From a virus (lineage: Duplodnaviria; Caudoviricetes): a stretch of DNA of 64,000 nucleotides. The notes under the pieces are model-generated. The model was not told where the DNA came from, made no database searches, and was given only the letters and a program-made list of their open reading frames with translations. Below are positions 28,063 through 36,617 of the stretch, one piece after another (position 1 is the stretch's first letter; each line of letters starts with the position of its first letter). The position numbers were made by a program, and so were the translations under genes. The stretch lies in the IMG/VR virus record IMGVR_UViG_3300025137_005870, positions 30,500 through 94,499 of that record. One strand, 5' to 3'.

Positions 28063-29412
28063 CTAAGTTGTGATTTCAAGCACTTTTTCGTGAGTCTTGA
28101 AGTAAGGTTGCGTAGCACCATAGTTATCAGTCATCCACATACGACGACACTTGCTTGGGATAGGCTTTTCAGCGCACATATCCGTGAGCACAATGTGACC
28201 ATCAAACTTGTTATCATTGACATACTGCGAAGGGGCATTAAAGCAGGTTCCACCTGACATAACACGCTCCCACTTCTTCTTCTCACCCTTCTTCCAAGTA
28301 TATACTAGATCTTCATCAACACGAGTATCAAAGGGGACAACCACGAACTCGGCATACTTTGAAAGTTGCTCTAACTCTGCAAAGAACGCTTTGAGCATAG
28401 TATCTGATACACTACCAGATTGGTCAATAGAGATAGCAACGCGAGCAACACGCTCGGCTCGCTTGCCTGCGTGAATGTAGGGGAAACGCTTATTAATACG
28501 CTTCACAGTGGACCGACGATTAGCCTTCTGACTGGCTTTGACGAAGGAGCGCAAAACCTTTTTCCAATCTACCTTTGTAGCGATTGAATCAACGATTTGC
28601 TTACGCATACTAGCGGATACTGAACCCCAGCCCTTAGCACCAGCCTCTTGAACTGCGTCTTTGACCATTTGCTTTAGACGCTCTTCAGCGATTTGCTGGC
28701 TTGTAGCAGCATCTTCACCAGTGGCCTCACCCCAACCACTATGGTCATCGAGAGGGTCGGCGTCACCCATACCACCACCAGAACCAGAGCCTGAGCCGCC
28801 GCTATCGTCCTGCTCTTCGTCTTCTCCGCCTTCACCTTGACCTTGACCCTCACCGTCTTCACCGTCGCCAGAAGAGTCCTTAGAGCCCTCGCTATCGTCC
28901 TCGGATGCTTGCTCGTCATCTTGAAGAATCTTGTAATAAGCATCAGCCGAAAGACCAGTTTCAAGCTCGGTAAACGGTCCACGTCCGGGGATACAGCCGT
29001 TAGTAGGGATTTCATCGGCGATATGAGTGTTGATAGCTAGGTCCGTCGCGATATTCCACAACTTGCTCATACCTTCCTCGGGCATACGGGTAGTCACATG
29101 ACCATAAATCAAGTGATAGAACTCGTGCATCAAGATACCACGAACCCAACGATAAGGATTCTCTCGGTTCTCCTTGACTTCTCCACACTCCTCGATGATA
29201 CGCTCCATAAAATCAGGATTATAAAGCATCTCAAAGCGCCCGTCCTGTGTGATGTGAACACCAGCAGTGGGAACGGAGGTTGTAGCACGCTTATCGATGC
29301 GTCGCGAAAGAGCAGCAAAGAAGGGCTCATTCTGAAGGAGCCGGTGCGTGTGAGTATTAAGGTTGAAACTAGAATCTGAGACTGTCATTGCGTACTCCCG
29401 TGCGGGGTTCAT
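28063..29412 (-). CDS. DUF2201-like metallopeptidase plus vWA domain protein
   Basis: VPTAGV, LMHEFYH, WNIATDLAIN, acidic Gly linker, IDQSGSV, GGGT-like SGGTCF, LTD. Confidence 0.88.
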   Translation of the reverse strand: MNPAREYAMTVSDSSFNLNTHTHRLLQNEPFFAALSRRIDKRATTSVPTAGVHITQDGRFEMLYNPDFMERIIEECGEVKENRENPYRWVRGILMHEFYHLIYGHVTTRMPEEGMSKLWNIATDLAINTHIADEIPTNGCIPGRGPFTELETGLSADAYYKILQDDEQASEDDSEGSKDSSGDGEDGEGQGQGEGGEDEEQDDSGGSGSGSGGGMGDADPLDDHSGWGEATGEDAATSQQIAEERLKQMVKDAVQEAGAKGWGSVSASMRKQIVDSIATKVDWKKVLRSFVKASQKANRRSTVKRINKRFPYIHAGKRAERVARVAISIDQSGSVSDTMLKAFFAELEQLSKYAEFVVVPFDTRVDEDLVYTWKKGEKKKWERVMSGGTCFNAPSQYVNDNKFDGHIVLTDMCAEKPIPSKCRRMWMTDNYGATQPYFKTHEKVLEITT

Positions 29413-29418
29413 CCCCGA

Positions 29419-29486
29419 CCTTACATATACATTATACTACAATTTTGAGAGAAAGTAAAGGATTTTGATGTCAAGAGGATGTCAAG
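29419..29486 (-). repeat. 68-bp promoter repeat, copy 1
   Basis: CTTGACA-N4-CTTGACA-N8-CTTTACT-N17-TATAAT-GTATATGTAAGG. Confidence 0.85.
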
Positions 29487-29495
29487 AGAGAAAAC

Positions 29496-29702
29496 CTAGA
29501 TTCCAACTTGCATATCAGGGCCTTCCATAAGTTCTTTTAGGTTGGCTAGTTCCTGCTCTCGCTGGGCGAGGCGCAAACGTAGGCGTTTGATTAATCCTGT
29601 TTTAAGCTCCTCTTCTAAGAAGATCTCACGCAAACCTCTTATGATAGCTTTAACCTCTTCTTTCGTAAGACTTACTGGAAACCTAGCATTAACCTCGGTC
29701 AT
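29496..29702 (-). CDS. Hypothetical protein
   Basis: MTEVNARF start with GGAG SD. Confidence 0.55.
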   Translation of the reverse strand: MTEVNARFPVSLTKEEVKAIIRGLREIFLEEELKTGLIKRLRLRLAQREQELANLKELMEGPDMQVGI

Positions 29703-30069
29703 GGCGATCTCCATCTGGATTATCGTATGGGTCCACATGAACCTCGGACGGGAACTGTAGCGCGTTGTCACGATTGGGAGGCTCGTCGAAAGTATCGGGT
29801 TGAAGGTCAATATCCGTCTCTGGATAATAATCATCAATACCCATCTCGTCTAGCTCCGTCCAAGCGGTGATAGTCTTATAATATGCCGCTCCAAGGCGGA
29901 TAATCTCGTCACTGAAGATATTGATGTATCTAGCAGGGTCAGAACCGATGTCCATTAACACAGGTACAAGCCCGTTTTCTGTGGCCATCTCACTGATAAG
30001 TGTGCTCTGAAACAAGATAGACAAGTCTTCAGCGGCGTTTTCAAGTTGTGATTTAATTTCGTTTGTCAT
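29689..30069 (-). CDS. Acidic hypothetical protein
   Basis: GAGGT SD; packed ORF. Confidence 0.65.
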   Translation of the reverse strand: MTNEIKSQLENAAEDLSILFQSTLISEMATENGLVPVLMDIGSDPARYINIFSDEIIRLGAAYYKTITAWTELDEMGIDDYYPETDIDLQPDTFDEPPNRDNALQFPSEVHVDPYDNPDGDRHDRG

Positions 30070-30194
30070 TTAATACCTCAGCTTACTGAAAAGATAGCTA
30101 GAAAGTGTGCAATAATAAGGGTGCTGATAAACAGCGAATCCCAATGTTGATCAATAGTGTTCCACATAGTGTAGTTTCTCCTTGGTTAATAAAG

Positions 30195-30270
30195 TGGTGG
30201 GTTGTGTGGGATTCGAACCCACGACCATCGGATTAAAAGTCCGGTGCTCTACCAACTGAGCTAACAACCC
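30195..30270 (-). tRNA. tRNA-Lys(UUU)
   Basis: GGGTTGTTAGCTCAG...CT TTT AA...GTTCGAATC...ACCA. Confidence 0.95.
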
Positions 30271-30282
30271 GAAAGTGTAGGT

Positions 30283-31356
30283 TTACCCTACGATCTCGAC
30301 GATGAAGTCAAGAACCTTCTGGCCATTCGATGCGGTTGCACCGTGCAGCGCGATAACATTGGAGTTATCTGCACTTGCGCCAATCGTTGCGAACAACTTC
30401 ATAGCAACTTCAGAAGGCAAAGTAACGAACCAGTCTGCGAGGTTCTGGATTTGCTCGATTGGAAGCGGACTACGGAGCACTTCACTTGCTTCCATCTTCT
30501 CAACGAGAGCAAGGTGGTCGTTGATACCGAAATCCTTGGTTGAAGCTACCTTACCGTGGACCAGAATGTCCTCGACGGTTACGATGCGCTCGTAGTTCTC
30601 AACAAAGTCACGGAACGAAACAGCAGCTTCGAAGCCGATAAAGGCGGCAGCGAGATTGTAGAGAGGAGCAAGGTTTTGCTTAGGCTCTACGAGAAGGTTA
30701 GCGTTGCCAACGGTATCGTTGAAACGAACCCAAGACCGGCGAGAAGGATAAACCTTGTTCGGCTCGTAACCACCAGCATCTGGCTTGTGCTCTAGGTGAG
30801 CGTGGTTCTGGTTAACAAAGTCCCAAACCATAGGGTCAACCTTGCCATTCGCCCAAGTCAACCAGTCGCTGACGGTAGGCTCTACATCAAACACGGTCCA
30901 ACGGTCAAGCTCGGCAGGGTCCATCTCACCAACTTGGTAGGAAGAAGCTCCACTATGCTCGCCACCGTTGACAGCAGCGAAGATGCGAGTCTGTGGGTGC
31001 AGATGCCAACCGTTCAACTTGCGAGAATCGGTAAGTTCAAAGATACCTTGACGAACCTCCATAGTCGCACGGTCAACCTCATCAAGGAAGAGCACCACAC
31101 CGTTGTCACAAGCCTCTTTGAGCCAATCGGGAGCGTTCCAGCGGGTAGACTCCCCATCGATGGAAGGAAGGCCCATAAGGTCGCCCTCGGTCATTTGAGA
31201 CGCGCGGCGTTCGACGACGGGAAGGTTGCGCTCGGCTGCAAACTGATAGACAACCTCGGATTTGCCGATGCCGTGACGCCCGCGAATAAGCACGGGGAAA
31301 CCTGCATCAATGACGTGAGCAACAACAGAGTTAAAAGTAGTGAAATCGATAGCCAT
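30283..31356 (-). CDS. MoxR-like AAA+ ATPase
   Basis: GRHGIGKS, GDLMGLP, LFLDEVDR, AAVN, MDPAELDRW, PSRRSW. Confidence 0.9.
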   Translation of the reverse strand: MAIDFTTFNSVVAHVIDAGFPVLIRGRHGIGKSEVVYQFAAERNLPVVERRASQMTEGDLMGLPSIDGESTRWNAPDWLKEACDNGVVLFLDEVDRATMEVRQGIFELTDSRKLNGWHLHPQTRIFAAVNGGEHSGASSYQVGEMDPAELDRWTVFDVEPTVSDWLTWANGKVDPMVWDFVNQNHAHLEHKPDAGGYEPNKVYPSRRSWVRFNDTVGNANLLVEPKQNLAPLYNLAAAFIGFEAAVSFRDFVENYERIVTVEDILVHGKVASTKDFGINDHLALVEKMEASEVLRSPLPIEQIQNLADWFVTLPSEVAMKLFATIGASADNSNVIALHGATASNGQKVLDFIVEIVG

Positions 31357-31406
31357 TGTGTGAATCTCCAGATTCAAGAGTTGAGTTCGGTGGGGACCAT
31401 CCCCGA

Positions 31407-31474
31407 CCTTACATATATATTATACTAAAATTTGAGGCAAAAGTAAAGGGTTTTTGTGTCAAGAGGATGTCAAG
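31407..31474 (-). repeat. 68-bp promoter repeat, copy 2
   Basis: Same layout as copy 1. Confidence 0.85.
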
Positions 31475-31497
31475 ACGAGAAAGGGAGGTTAAAGCTC

Positions 31498-32214
31498 CTA
31501 GATCGTCGTCTCAATAGTTGAAACATCTAGCTCGTCTCGAAGATCTCCGTGCCAGTCGCGGGGAATCTTGTGTCCACCCCACTCCTTATCGCGGAAAGTG
31601 TCCTTCAAACCTAGCTTACCGTCGTGATACTCGGGTGGCAGGATAGCGAAGATAGACGATTCGTCAGCTTTAACCTCAACTTTGTAGTTTTGGCCATAAT
31701 CTTTGCCGCGAATATCCATTGATAGAGCGAAATCGCTGCTCCAACGGTCCTTATTGGCGTTACCCAGCCGTTCCAGAGGTAGAACGTGGAATACGCGGGC
31801 ATCCTTTTTGTGCATACTGACCTTGGACCAATCCACGGACATCACGAGGTAAAGGGTCTTTGAACCTCCCCAATTCTCGGCAGAGAGCAAAGCGCCGGGT
31901 CCAAGCCCATTTTCAAGGACTGCCTTGAGGTAGTTAGAGCGATACTCTTTGTTGCGGATGCGGTAACGCTCCATCTGTGCCTTCATTTTGGAGCATCCAG
32001 CCCGAGAATGGCCAGCCTCTCCACAGTAGGAGCAAGAGCGGTTCTTGGCGGCTGTGGCTTTACGCTGCTTCTTCCTGTCGTATGCTTCGACGGTGCCGGT
32101 CATAATGCCTAGCTCGCGATACTCTTCGATTTTAGCCTTATACTCTGGACAACTAGACTTGTTGTGACCTGTGCCGTAGCAGTATGAACATCGGACTGTG
32201 CGCTTATAACTCAT
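31498..32214 (-). CDS. Protein with two CCHC zinc knuckles
   Basis: CSYCYGTGHNKSSC and CSYCGEAGHSRAGC. Confidence 0.8.
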   Translation of the reverse strand: MSYKRTVRCSYCYGTGHNKSSCPEYKAKIEEYRELGIMTGTVEAYDRKKQRKATAAKNRSCSYCGEAGHSRAGCSKMKAQMERYRIRNKEYRSNYLKAVLENGLGPGALLSAENWGGSKTLYLVMSVDWSKVSMHKKDARVFHVLPLERLGNANKDRWSSDFALSMDIRGKDYGQNYKVEVKADESSIFAILPPEYHDGKLGLKDTFRDKEWGGHKIPRDWHGDLRDELDVSTIETTI

Positions 32215-32231
32215 GTATGTATTCCTCTCCT

Positions 32232-32299
32232 GATTACATATACATTATACTAAATTTTGGGGCTGAAGTCAATCGATTAAATGTCAAAGAGATGTCAAG
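32232..32299 (-). repeat. 68-bp promoter repeat, copy 3
   Basis: TTGACA x2, then TTGACT-N17-TATAAT. Confidence 0.85.
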
Positions 32300-32406
32300 A
32301 GCCATATTACAGCTAGAGCCAGCATATTCGAGAACAGAGCAAACGACCAATAAAACGTCATCAGGCCGTTCCTCTTCTTTCGGTGGTGCGTTAGCCTACT
32401 ATTCAT

Positions 32407-33225
32407 CTATCGCTTCCCCTTCTTAATCCATCGTTCTTCGACGTGAAGCGGCGATGTCTCCCCGAAGAAAAGCACAGAATAAACCTTACTTCCACGAGCA
32501 GGGCTGGTAACCGGCTTTGCTCCTACCTTTAGGACGGTTGCCAGTTTGCCCGTTCGGGTCTTGTTCTCTCCAAGAGCGGACCAAGTAACATAAAGAAGGT
32601 TAGATGGAGCGGTGGCCCGCAAAGATACCATAGAACCTACACTATAGCGAGGCTCTGCCAAGGTTGCGGCGATAACCTTGCCTGCAAACTTGTTTTCCAC
32701 CATCTTCTTATAAGCCCGCTCGGAAGGGATGAATGTGTTGTCCTCCAAAGCCTTGGTTGCAAGGTCTTTAAAGTAAGGAGGGTTAGCAAGGTAATACCGT
32801 GCTGCAATCTCCATCATCTCCCGCATCTCGGAAGTAAAGCTCGAAGCCCAACTTTCGCGCTGCTCCTGTGCTTTGTCGCTGTGTCGGTCTGCGACCTTCA
32901 CCAAAATCTCCTTTTGACGGGGAGAAAGCTCCTTACCGATAGCCATTTGATGTTTGATGCTGGTTACAAAGTTCACACCCCAAGGGTCTTGTGCAGCCTC
33001 TGCGCGAGAAATCAAGCTATCAAGGCGACTTTGCTTGTCTGCGTCGATTGCGGGAGCAGAAGCAAGTTGTTCTTGCATAATGTCCAAAGCCTGCCTTTGA
33101 CCTGCACTTAGGGTCTTTTTGTTGGTGAATTGCTCTTGAAGCGACTCGATGAAAGAGCGGCTTGAACCTTGCAAACGAGTGTCTGCGAGGATAGAGTCAA
33201 AGATTGGTTGGATACGTCTGGCCAT
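32407..33225 (-). CDS. Hypothetical protein with duplicated helical motif and C-terminal SH3-like domain
   Basis: FIESLQEQ...LSAGQ and FVTSIKHQ...LSPRQ; YSVGSMV...YSVLF. Confidence 0.75.
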   Translation of the reverse strand: MARRIQPIFDSILADTRLQGSSRSFIESLQEQFTNKKTLSAGQRQALDIMQEQLASAPAIDADKQSRLDSLISRAEAAQDPWGVNFVTSIKHQMAIGKELSPRQKEILVKVADRHSDKAQEQRESWASSFTSEMREMMEIAARYYLANPPYFKDLATKALEDNTFIPSERAYKKMVENKFAGKVIAATLAEPRYSVGSMVSLRATAPSNLLYVTWSALGENKTRTGKLATVLKVGAKPVTSPARGSKVYSVLFFGETSPLHVEERWIKKGKR

Positions 33226-33238
33226 GTTGTTCTCTCCT

Positions 33239-33306
33239 GATTACATATACATTATACTAAATTTTGAGGCTAAAGTCAAGCCTTTGTTTGTCAAGTAGAT
33301 GTCAAG
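33239..33306 (-). repeat. 68-bp promoter repeat, copy 4
   Basis: TTGACA x2, then TTGACT-N17-TATAAT. Confidence 0.85.
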
Positions 33307-33311
33307 ACTGA

Positions 33312-33557
33312 TTAACTAGGTTGTTCCACAAGAACTAGATCTCTCACGTCATACATCTGTTTCTTCCCTATCTTTGAGCCAGTGAGCCAAATCACTGATG
33401 CTTTCTTGATTATTCGTCCTTGTCCATAATCCATACTTCCAACCTGTGCTATCGCTGCCAGTGCTGACCTGTCGCCTTTGTAGCAAACTGTGTCTCCTCT
33501 CTCTATTTCCCGCTTATAACCGGGGTTATCTTCGTTCGACGGGTATGTATACCTCAT
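33312..33557 (-). CDS. SH3/KOW-like array member 10
   Basis: IERGDTV...VIW...DLVLV. Confidence 0.65.
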   Translation of the reverse strand: MRYTYPSNEDNPGYKREIERGDTVCYKGDRSALAAIAQVGSMDYGQGRIIKKASVIWLTGSKIGKKQMYDVRDLVLVEQPS

Positions 33558-33741
33558 TTATCATCTCCACATCTTCTTTGTATCTAAACCAAGGTTTGCC
33601 CATTGTTTTGAGCCACTGTATCCTCACAAATTCTTGATTCCATTGGTCTGCGCCCTCTTCCACTATGACGCCTACCCCCAGACCTTTTGCGTCACCCTCG
33701 GCAGCTTCGGGCTTTAACCTTACTAAATCACCGACTTTCAT
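33526..33741 (-). CDS. SH3/KOW-like array member 9
   Basis: MKVGDLV...GVIV...IQW...EMINE. Confidence 0.75.
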   Translation of the reverse strand: MKVGDLVRLKPEAAEGDAKGLGVGVIVEEGADQWNQEFVRIQWLKTMGKPWFRYKEDVEMINEVYIPVERR

Positions 33742-33920
33742 TTTCCACTCACTGAAATAAGATTGCTTGTATACACGAGGTCGTAGCCTTCTGCCGATTG
33801 TGTTGGTTCCAAATACCTAATGCGGACCTCGCCTTTATATGAGGGAACATAGGTAACAATCGCTAGCTTACCCTTGCTTTTACAGTGTGGTGCTATTCTT
33901 ACTAAATCACCGACTTTCAT
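33738..33920 (-). CDS. SH3/KOW-like array member 8
   Basis: MKVGDLV. Confidence 0.75.
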   Translation of the reverse strand: MKVGDLVRIAPHCKSKGKLAIVTYVPSYKGEVRIRYLEPTQSAEGYDLVYTSNLISVSGK

Positions 33921-34116
33921 TTAGGGCCTCCAGATAACAATCCCATTCCTTTGTGTGCTTGCCATCGGCCCATAGAACTTCGTAAATGCGTTTCTTAGGG
34001 TGAGGCTGCGCCTCTCTGTCACTTAACCCTACCACGATGCCGGACGCCGCATAGCGGCTCTCAGAGGTCTTAAACGCGGTTGGAGAACTAAACTTTACTA
34101 AATCACCGACTTTCAC
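33907..34116 (-). CDS. SH3/KOW-like array member 7
   Basis: GTG-KVGDLV...LEALNESR*. Confidence 0.75.
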   Translation of the reverse strand: MKVGDLVKFSSPTAFKTSESRYAASGIVVGLSDREAQPHPKKRIYEVLWADGKHTKEWDCYLEALNESR

Positions 34117-34273
34117 TGATTACCTCAAAGTGGCTTTTGCCTGCGTTCATCTTGTAGCCTGTTTTTAGGCTCTGAACATAGATTGATGAGTCATCCTTGT
34201 GGGTGATAAGCACCATCCAAAGGTTGTTTTCACTGTCTTGGTTTTGTAGTCTCACCAAATCACCTTTCTTCAT
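34103..34273 (-). CDS. SH3/KOW-like array member 6 (56 aa, not in track)
   Basis: MKKGDLVRLQ...YVQSLKTG...HFEVISESR*. Confidence 0.75.
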   Translation of the reverse strand: MKKGDLVRLQNQDSENNLWMVLITHKDDSSIYVQSLKTGYKMNAGKSHFEVISESR

Positions 34274-34451
34274 TGATTACCTCTAAGTTTCCCGCCATTA
34301 CAATGTCTTCTTGTCTCAGTGGCCCAAACCATCGGACTTTCCAGTAGTTTGGACCGATAGGGCTGGCAAAGTGTGGTGATGGACCAAGAACAAAACCTTT
34401 TCTAACTCGCTTGAATCGTTCCTTCAAAGCTACAATATCACCGGCTTTCAT
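34260..34451 (-). CDS. SH3/KOW-like array member 5
   Basis: MKAGDIV...WKVRW...LEVINEER*. Confidence 0.75.
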   Translation of the reverse strand: MKAGDIVALKERFKRVRKGFVLGPSPHFASPIGPNYWKVRWFGPLRQEDIVMAGNLEVINEER

Positions 34452-34599
34452 TGATTACCTCCAACAAGTCTATGCTGCAAGCATCTGGTTCCCCAGTATC
34501 TACCCAGACAATCCGAGCACTGTGCTCGCCATCAAATCCAGTTATAATAGCCTTCCACGCGGATGTGCCCTTTCTTTGCACCAAATCACCGACTCCCAC
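34438..34599 (-). CDS. SH3/KOW-like array member 4 (53 aa, not in track)
   Basis: GTG-GVGDLVQRKG...IVWVDTG...LEVINESR*. Confidence 0.75.
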   Translation of the reverse strand: MGVGDLVQRKGTSAWKAIITGFDGEHSARIVWVDTGEPDACSIDLLEVINESR

Positions 34600-34771
34600 T
34601 GATAACCTCCAAATAACGGGCTGAATGGTTCATTCTAACACCATCCATCCAAGTAACTTCTACTTCTTTGTTATCTCCGATTTCTTCGGGATCAACGCAG
34701 GTTACCAGCCCCACGTCTGCCACGCCTGTATCTGGCCATGATGCCGCTTTTACTAAATCACCGACTTCCAC
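34586..34771 (-). CDS. SH3/KOW-like array member 3
   Basis: GTG-EVGDLV...VTWMDG...LEVISGSR*. Confidence 0.75.
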   Translation of the reverse strand: MEVGDLVKAASWPDTGVADVGLVTCVDPEEIGDNKEVEVTWMDGVRMNHSARYLEVISGSR

Positions 34772-34946
34772 TGATAACCTCAAATCTGTTCTTTGAAAGT
34801 CGGCGTCTCTTGCCGCTTTTCAGGCTCTGAACCATAACGCGGGTCATACCTGTGTCGCTATGGACAACAATGAATAAATCGCCTTGATGCTTTCGCATCA
34901 TCCTCGTAGTTGCCTGCTTCAACCTCAACAAATCACCGGCCTTCAT
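34758..34946 (-). CDS. SH3/KOW-like array member 2
   Basis: MKAGDLL...VQSLKSG...FEVISGSR*. Confidence 0.75.
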   Translation of the reverse strand: MKAGDLLRLKQATTRMMRKHQGDLFIVVHSDTGMTRVMVQSLKSGKRRRLSKNRFEVISGSR

Positions 34947-35166
34947 TTACAACCTCCAACTCATCTACTGGAAGCCAACCAAGCCAGTCGCCGGATTGAG
35001 ATGTGAGCATAACCCAGTTAACACCTCGGTTTCCAGCGAACGATGCAGCCTGTGGTGCTCGCCCAACCGTGAAACCTTCATCGCCGCGTTCGCGGATACG
35101 GTTCTTTGTTCGCTGACTTGCGCCTTGTGCTGCTTTAAGTTTAACAACTTCACCAACCTTAAACAT
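34933..35166 (-). CDS. SH3/KOW-like array member 1
   Basis: MFKVGEVV...LEVVNEGR*. Confidence 0.75.
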   Translation of the reverse strand: MFKVGEVVKLKAAQGASQRTKNRIRERGDEGFTVGRAPQAASFAGNRGVNWVMLTSQSGDWLGWLPVDELEVVNEGR

Positions 35167-35341
35167 TGCTTTCCCCTTCTTCTGTGATAGTTACCTTTGG
35201 ACCGTGGTTTTCTGCCACGACCTGTGCGAACGTCTTTTCTCCAGATAGAACCGAGTGAATCGCGTCCTCGATTTCTTTCTGTGTCATATTCGTGATGTCA
35301 AGCTCATTGTGCATCTCGATGTCCAAGTTCTTCATCTTCAT
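35159..35341 (-). CDS. Small hypothetical protein heading the array operon
   Basis: GAGGGAG SD before MKMKNL. Confidence 0.6.
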   Translation of the reverse strand: MKMKNLDIEMHNELDITNMTQKEIEDAIHSVLSGEKTFAQVVAENHGPKVTITEEGESNV

Positions 35342-35356
35342 CTGTCTCTCCCTCAA

Positions 35357-35424
35357 CCTTACATACATATTATACTAAATTTTGAGCCAGAAGTCAAGGC
35401 TTTTAATGTCAAGCAAATGTCAAG
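35357..35424 (-). repeat. 68-bp promoter repeat, copy 5
   Basis: CTTGACATTTGCTTGACATTAAAAGCCTTGACTTCTGGCTCAAAATTTAGTATAATATGTATGTAAGG. Confidence 0.9.
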
Positions 35425-35432
35425 ACTGATAA

Positions 35433-35861
35433 TCAAGGTCTGGGGCGGTCAATGGCTCGGCTGGTCATCTTACTAAGGTAGTTCTCGAAGTCACTATCCA
35501 TGCTCATGTCCCAATCGTCAGCTTCAAAGTCGTCTTCTTCGTAATCATCGTCATAAGCCTCTGTCGCGCTCTGTGAGGGCTCGGGTGGTTGTGGGGTTGC
35601 CATCACACTTACAGGCTCCTCGGGCTCCGCGTAAGGCTCAAAAAGAGCGCGTGAGGCAGCCCAATCAACAAGGTGATCCCCATCGGCTATCTCTTGGGGG
35701 CTAAATTGTTCTTGTGCTATCTTTTCAATTAGTTCGGGACTCGCTAGGACTGCGATAACCTTCCCGTGTTTAGTAACGCCAACGGCGTGTAGATCTTTGA
35801 TGATAGAGGTAAATTCACCCCGAAGTTTGCTAGCGGTAATCGTTTTCATTATTTTCTCCAT
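35433..35861 (-). CDS. Phd/YefM antitoxin-like domain with acidic tail
   Basis: KTITASKLRGEFTSII...VTKHGKVIAVLAS. Confidence 0.65.
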   Translation of the reverse strand: MEKIMKTITASKLRGEFTSIIKDLHAVGVTKHGKVIAVLASPELIEKIAQEQFSPQEIADGDHLVDWAASRALFEPYAEPEEPVSVMATPQPPEPSQSATEAYDDDYEEDDFEADDWDMSMDSDFENYLSKMTSRAIDRPRP

Positions 35862-35876
35862 TGTGTAGTTTTAAGG

Positions 35877-35962
35877 TGGTAGCTGAGGCGGGACTCGAAC
35901 CCGCAATCTCTATGAGCGCAAGATTTTAAGTCTTGTGTGTATACCAATTCCACCACTCAGCC
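35877..35962 (-). tRNA. tRNA-Leu(UAA)
   Basis: CAAGA CT TAA AA TCTTG; long variable arm; encoded CCA. Confidence 0.93.
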
Positions 35963-35967
35963 ATAGT

Positions 35968-36303
35968 TTAGTTTCCAAAAGCAATTTTGGTGTGTTTACA
36001 TTTGCCCCGATACTTATGCGCGGGACAGCTACAAGATAGTTTACCTGTCTCTGTGTGTTTGCGAACTGTGTAGGTATTCCCTTTAGAACCCTCAACCTTG
36101 ACCTCTTCATAGGATGGTGTTGGTCTTTTGTAGAGCAACCACTTAGGAAGGTCTTCTCTTGTAGCTTCAAGGGGGACTTCCACCCAAGTGTTGCCTGCGA
36201 TAGCCCAGCGTTTACCACTGGGCATCGTGCTAAGAACAGGATTTTGTTTTACTTCAAGAGGGAAGTTAATCCACGGGTATCGTTCGATAGGGTCTAGCGT
36301 CAA
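35968..36303 (-). CDS. SWIM zinc-finger protein
   Basis: GSKGNTYTV...CSCPAHKYRGKCKH. Confidence 0.8.
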   Translation of the reverse strand: MTLDPIERYPWINFPLEVKQNPVLSTMPSGKRWAIAGNTWVEVPLEATREDLPKWLLYKRPTPSYEEVKVEGSKGNTYTVRKHTETGKLSCSCPAHKYRGKCKHTKIAFGN

Positions 36304-36312
36304 TTCAATCTC

Positions 36313-36534
36313 CTAACTGCAACAAGCAGGGTGTGTCCAGTTCTCATACTGCCAATCGCTGATTTTATCGTCTTTGCAGAGATAATCCGTCCAGTTGTTC
36401 CAAGCCTCGGAACGCGCACACTCATCGATACGGCCATCCTTCTCGTGATGCTCTTGAATAATAGGTAGAACCTCATTTTCAAACTCCTCACAAGCCTCTT
36501 TCCAAGTCATTACGCTATCCAAATTCTTCGCCAT
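36313..36534 (-). CDS. Hypothetical protein
   Basis: GAGGAGG SD before MAKNL. Confidence 0.7.
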   Translation of the reverse strand: MAKNLDSVMTWKEACEEFENEVLPIIQEHHEKDGRIDECARSEAWNNWTDYLCKDDKISDWQYENWTHPACCS

Positions 36535-36549
36535 GTATGTCCTCCTCGA

Positions 36550-36617
36550 CCTTACATACATATTATACTAAATTTTGAGCCAGAAGTCAACACCTTTAGT
36601 GTCAAGGAAATGTCAAG
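36550..36617 (-). repeat. 68-bp promoter repeat, copy 6
   Basis: Same consensus. Confidence 0.9.

Larger units (their letters stand above)
33721..34959 (-). repeat. About 35-bp junction repeat x8 (TTGGAGGTAATCA(A/G)TGAAAGTCGGTGATTTAGTA)
   Basis: Copies near 33721 (partial), 33900, 34096, 34254, 34431, 34579, 34751, 34926. Confidence 0.85.

Noticed and set aside
33721-34959. CRISPR array
   Set aside because: The repeats are degenerate and protein-coding, the spacers are about 115-165 bp open reading frames, and no cas genes are adjacent.
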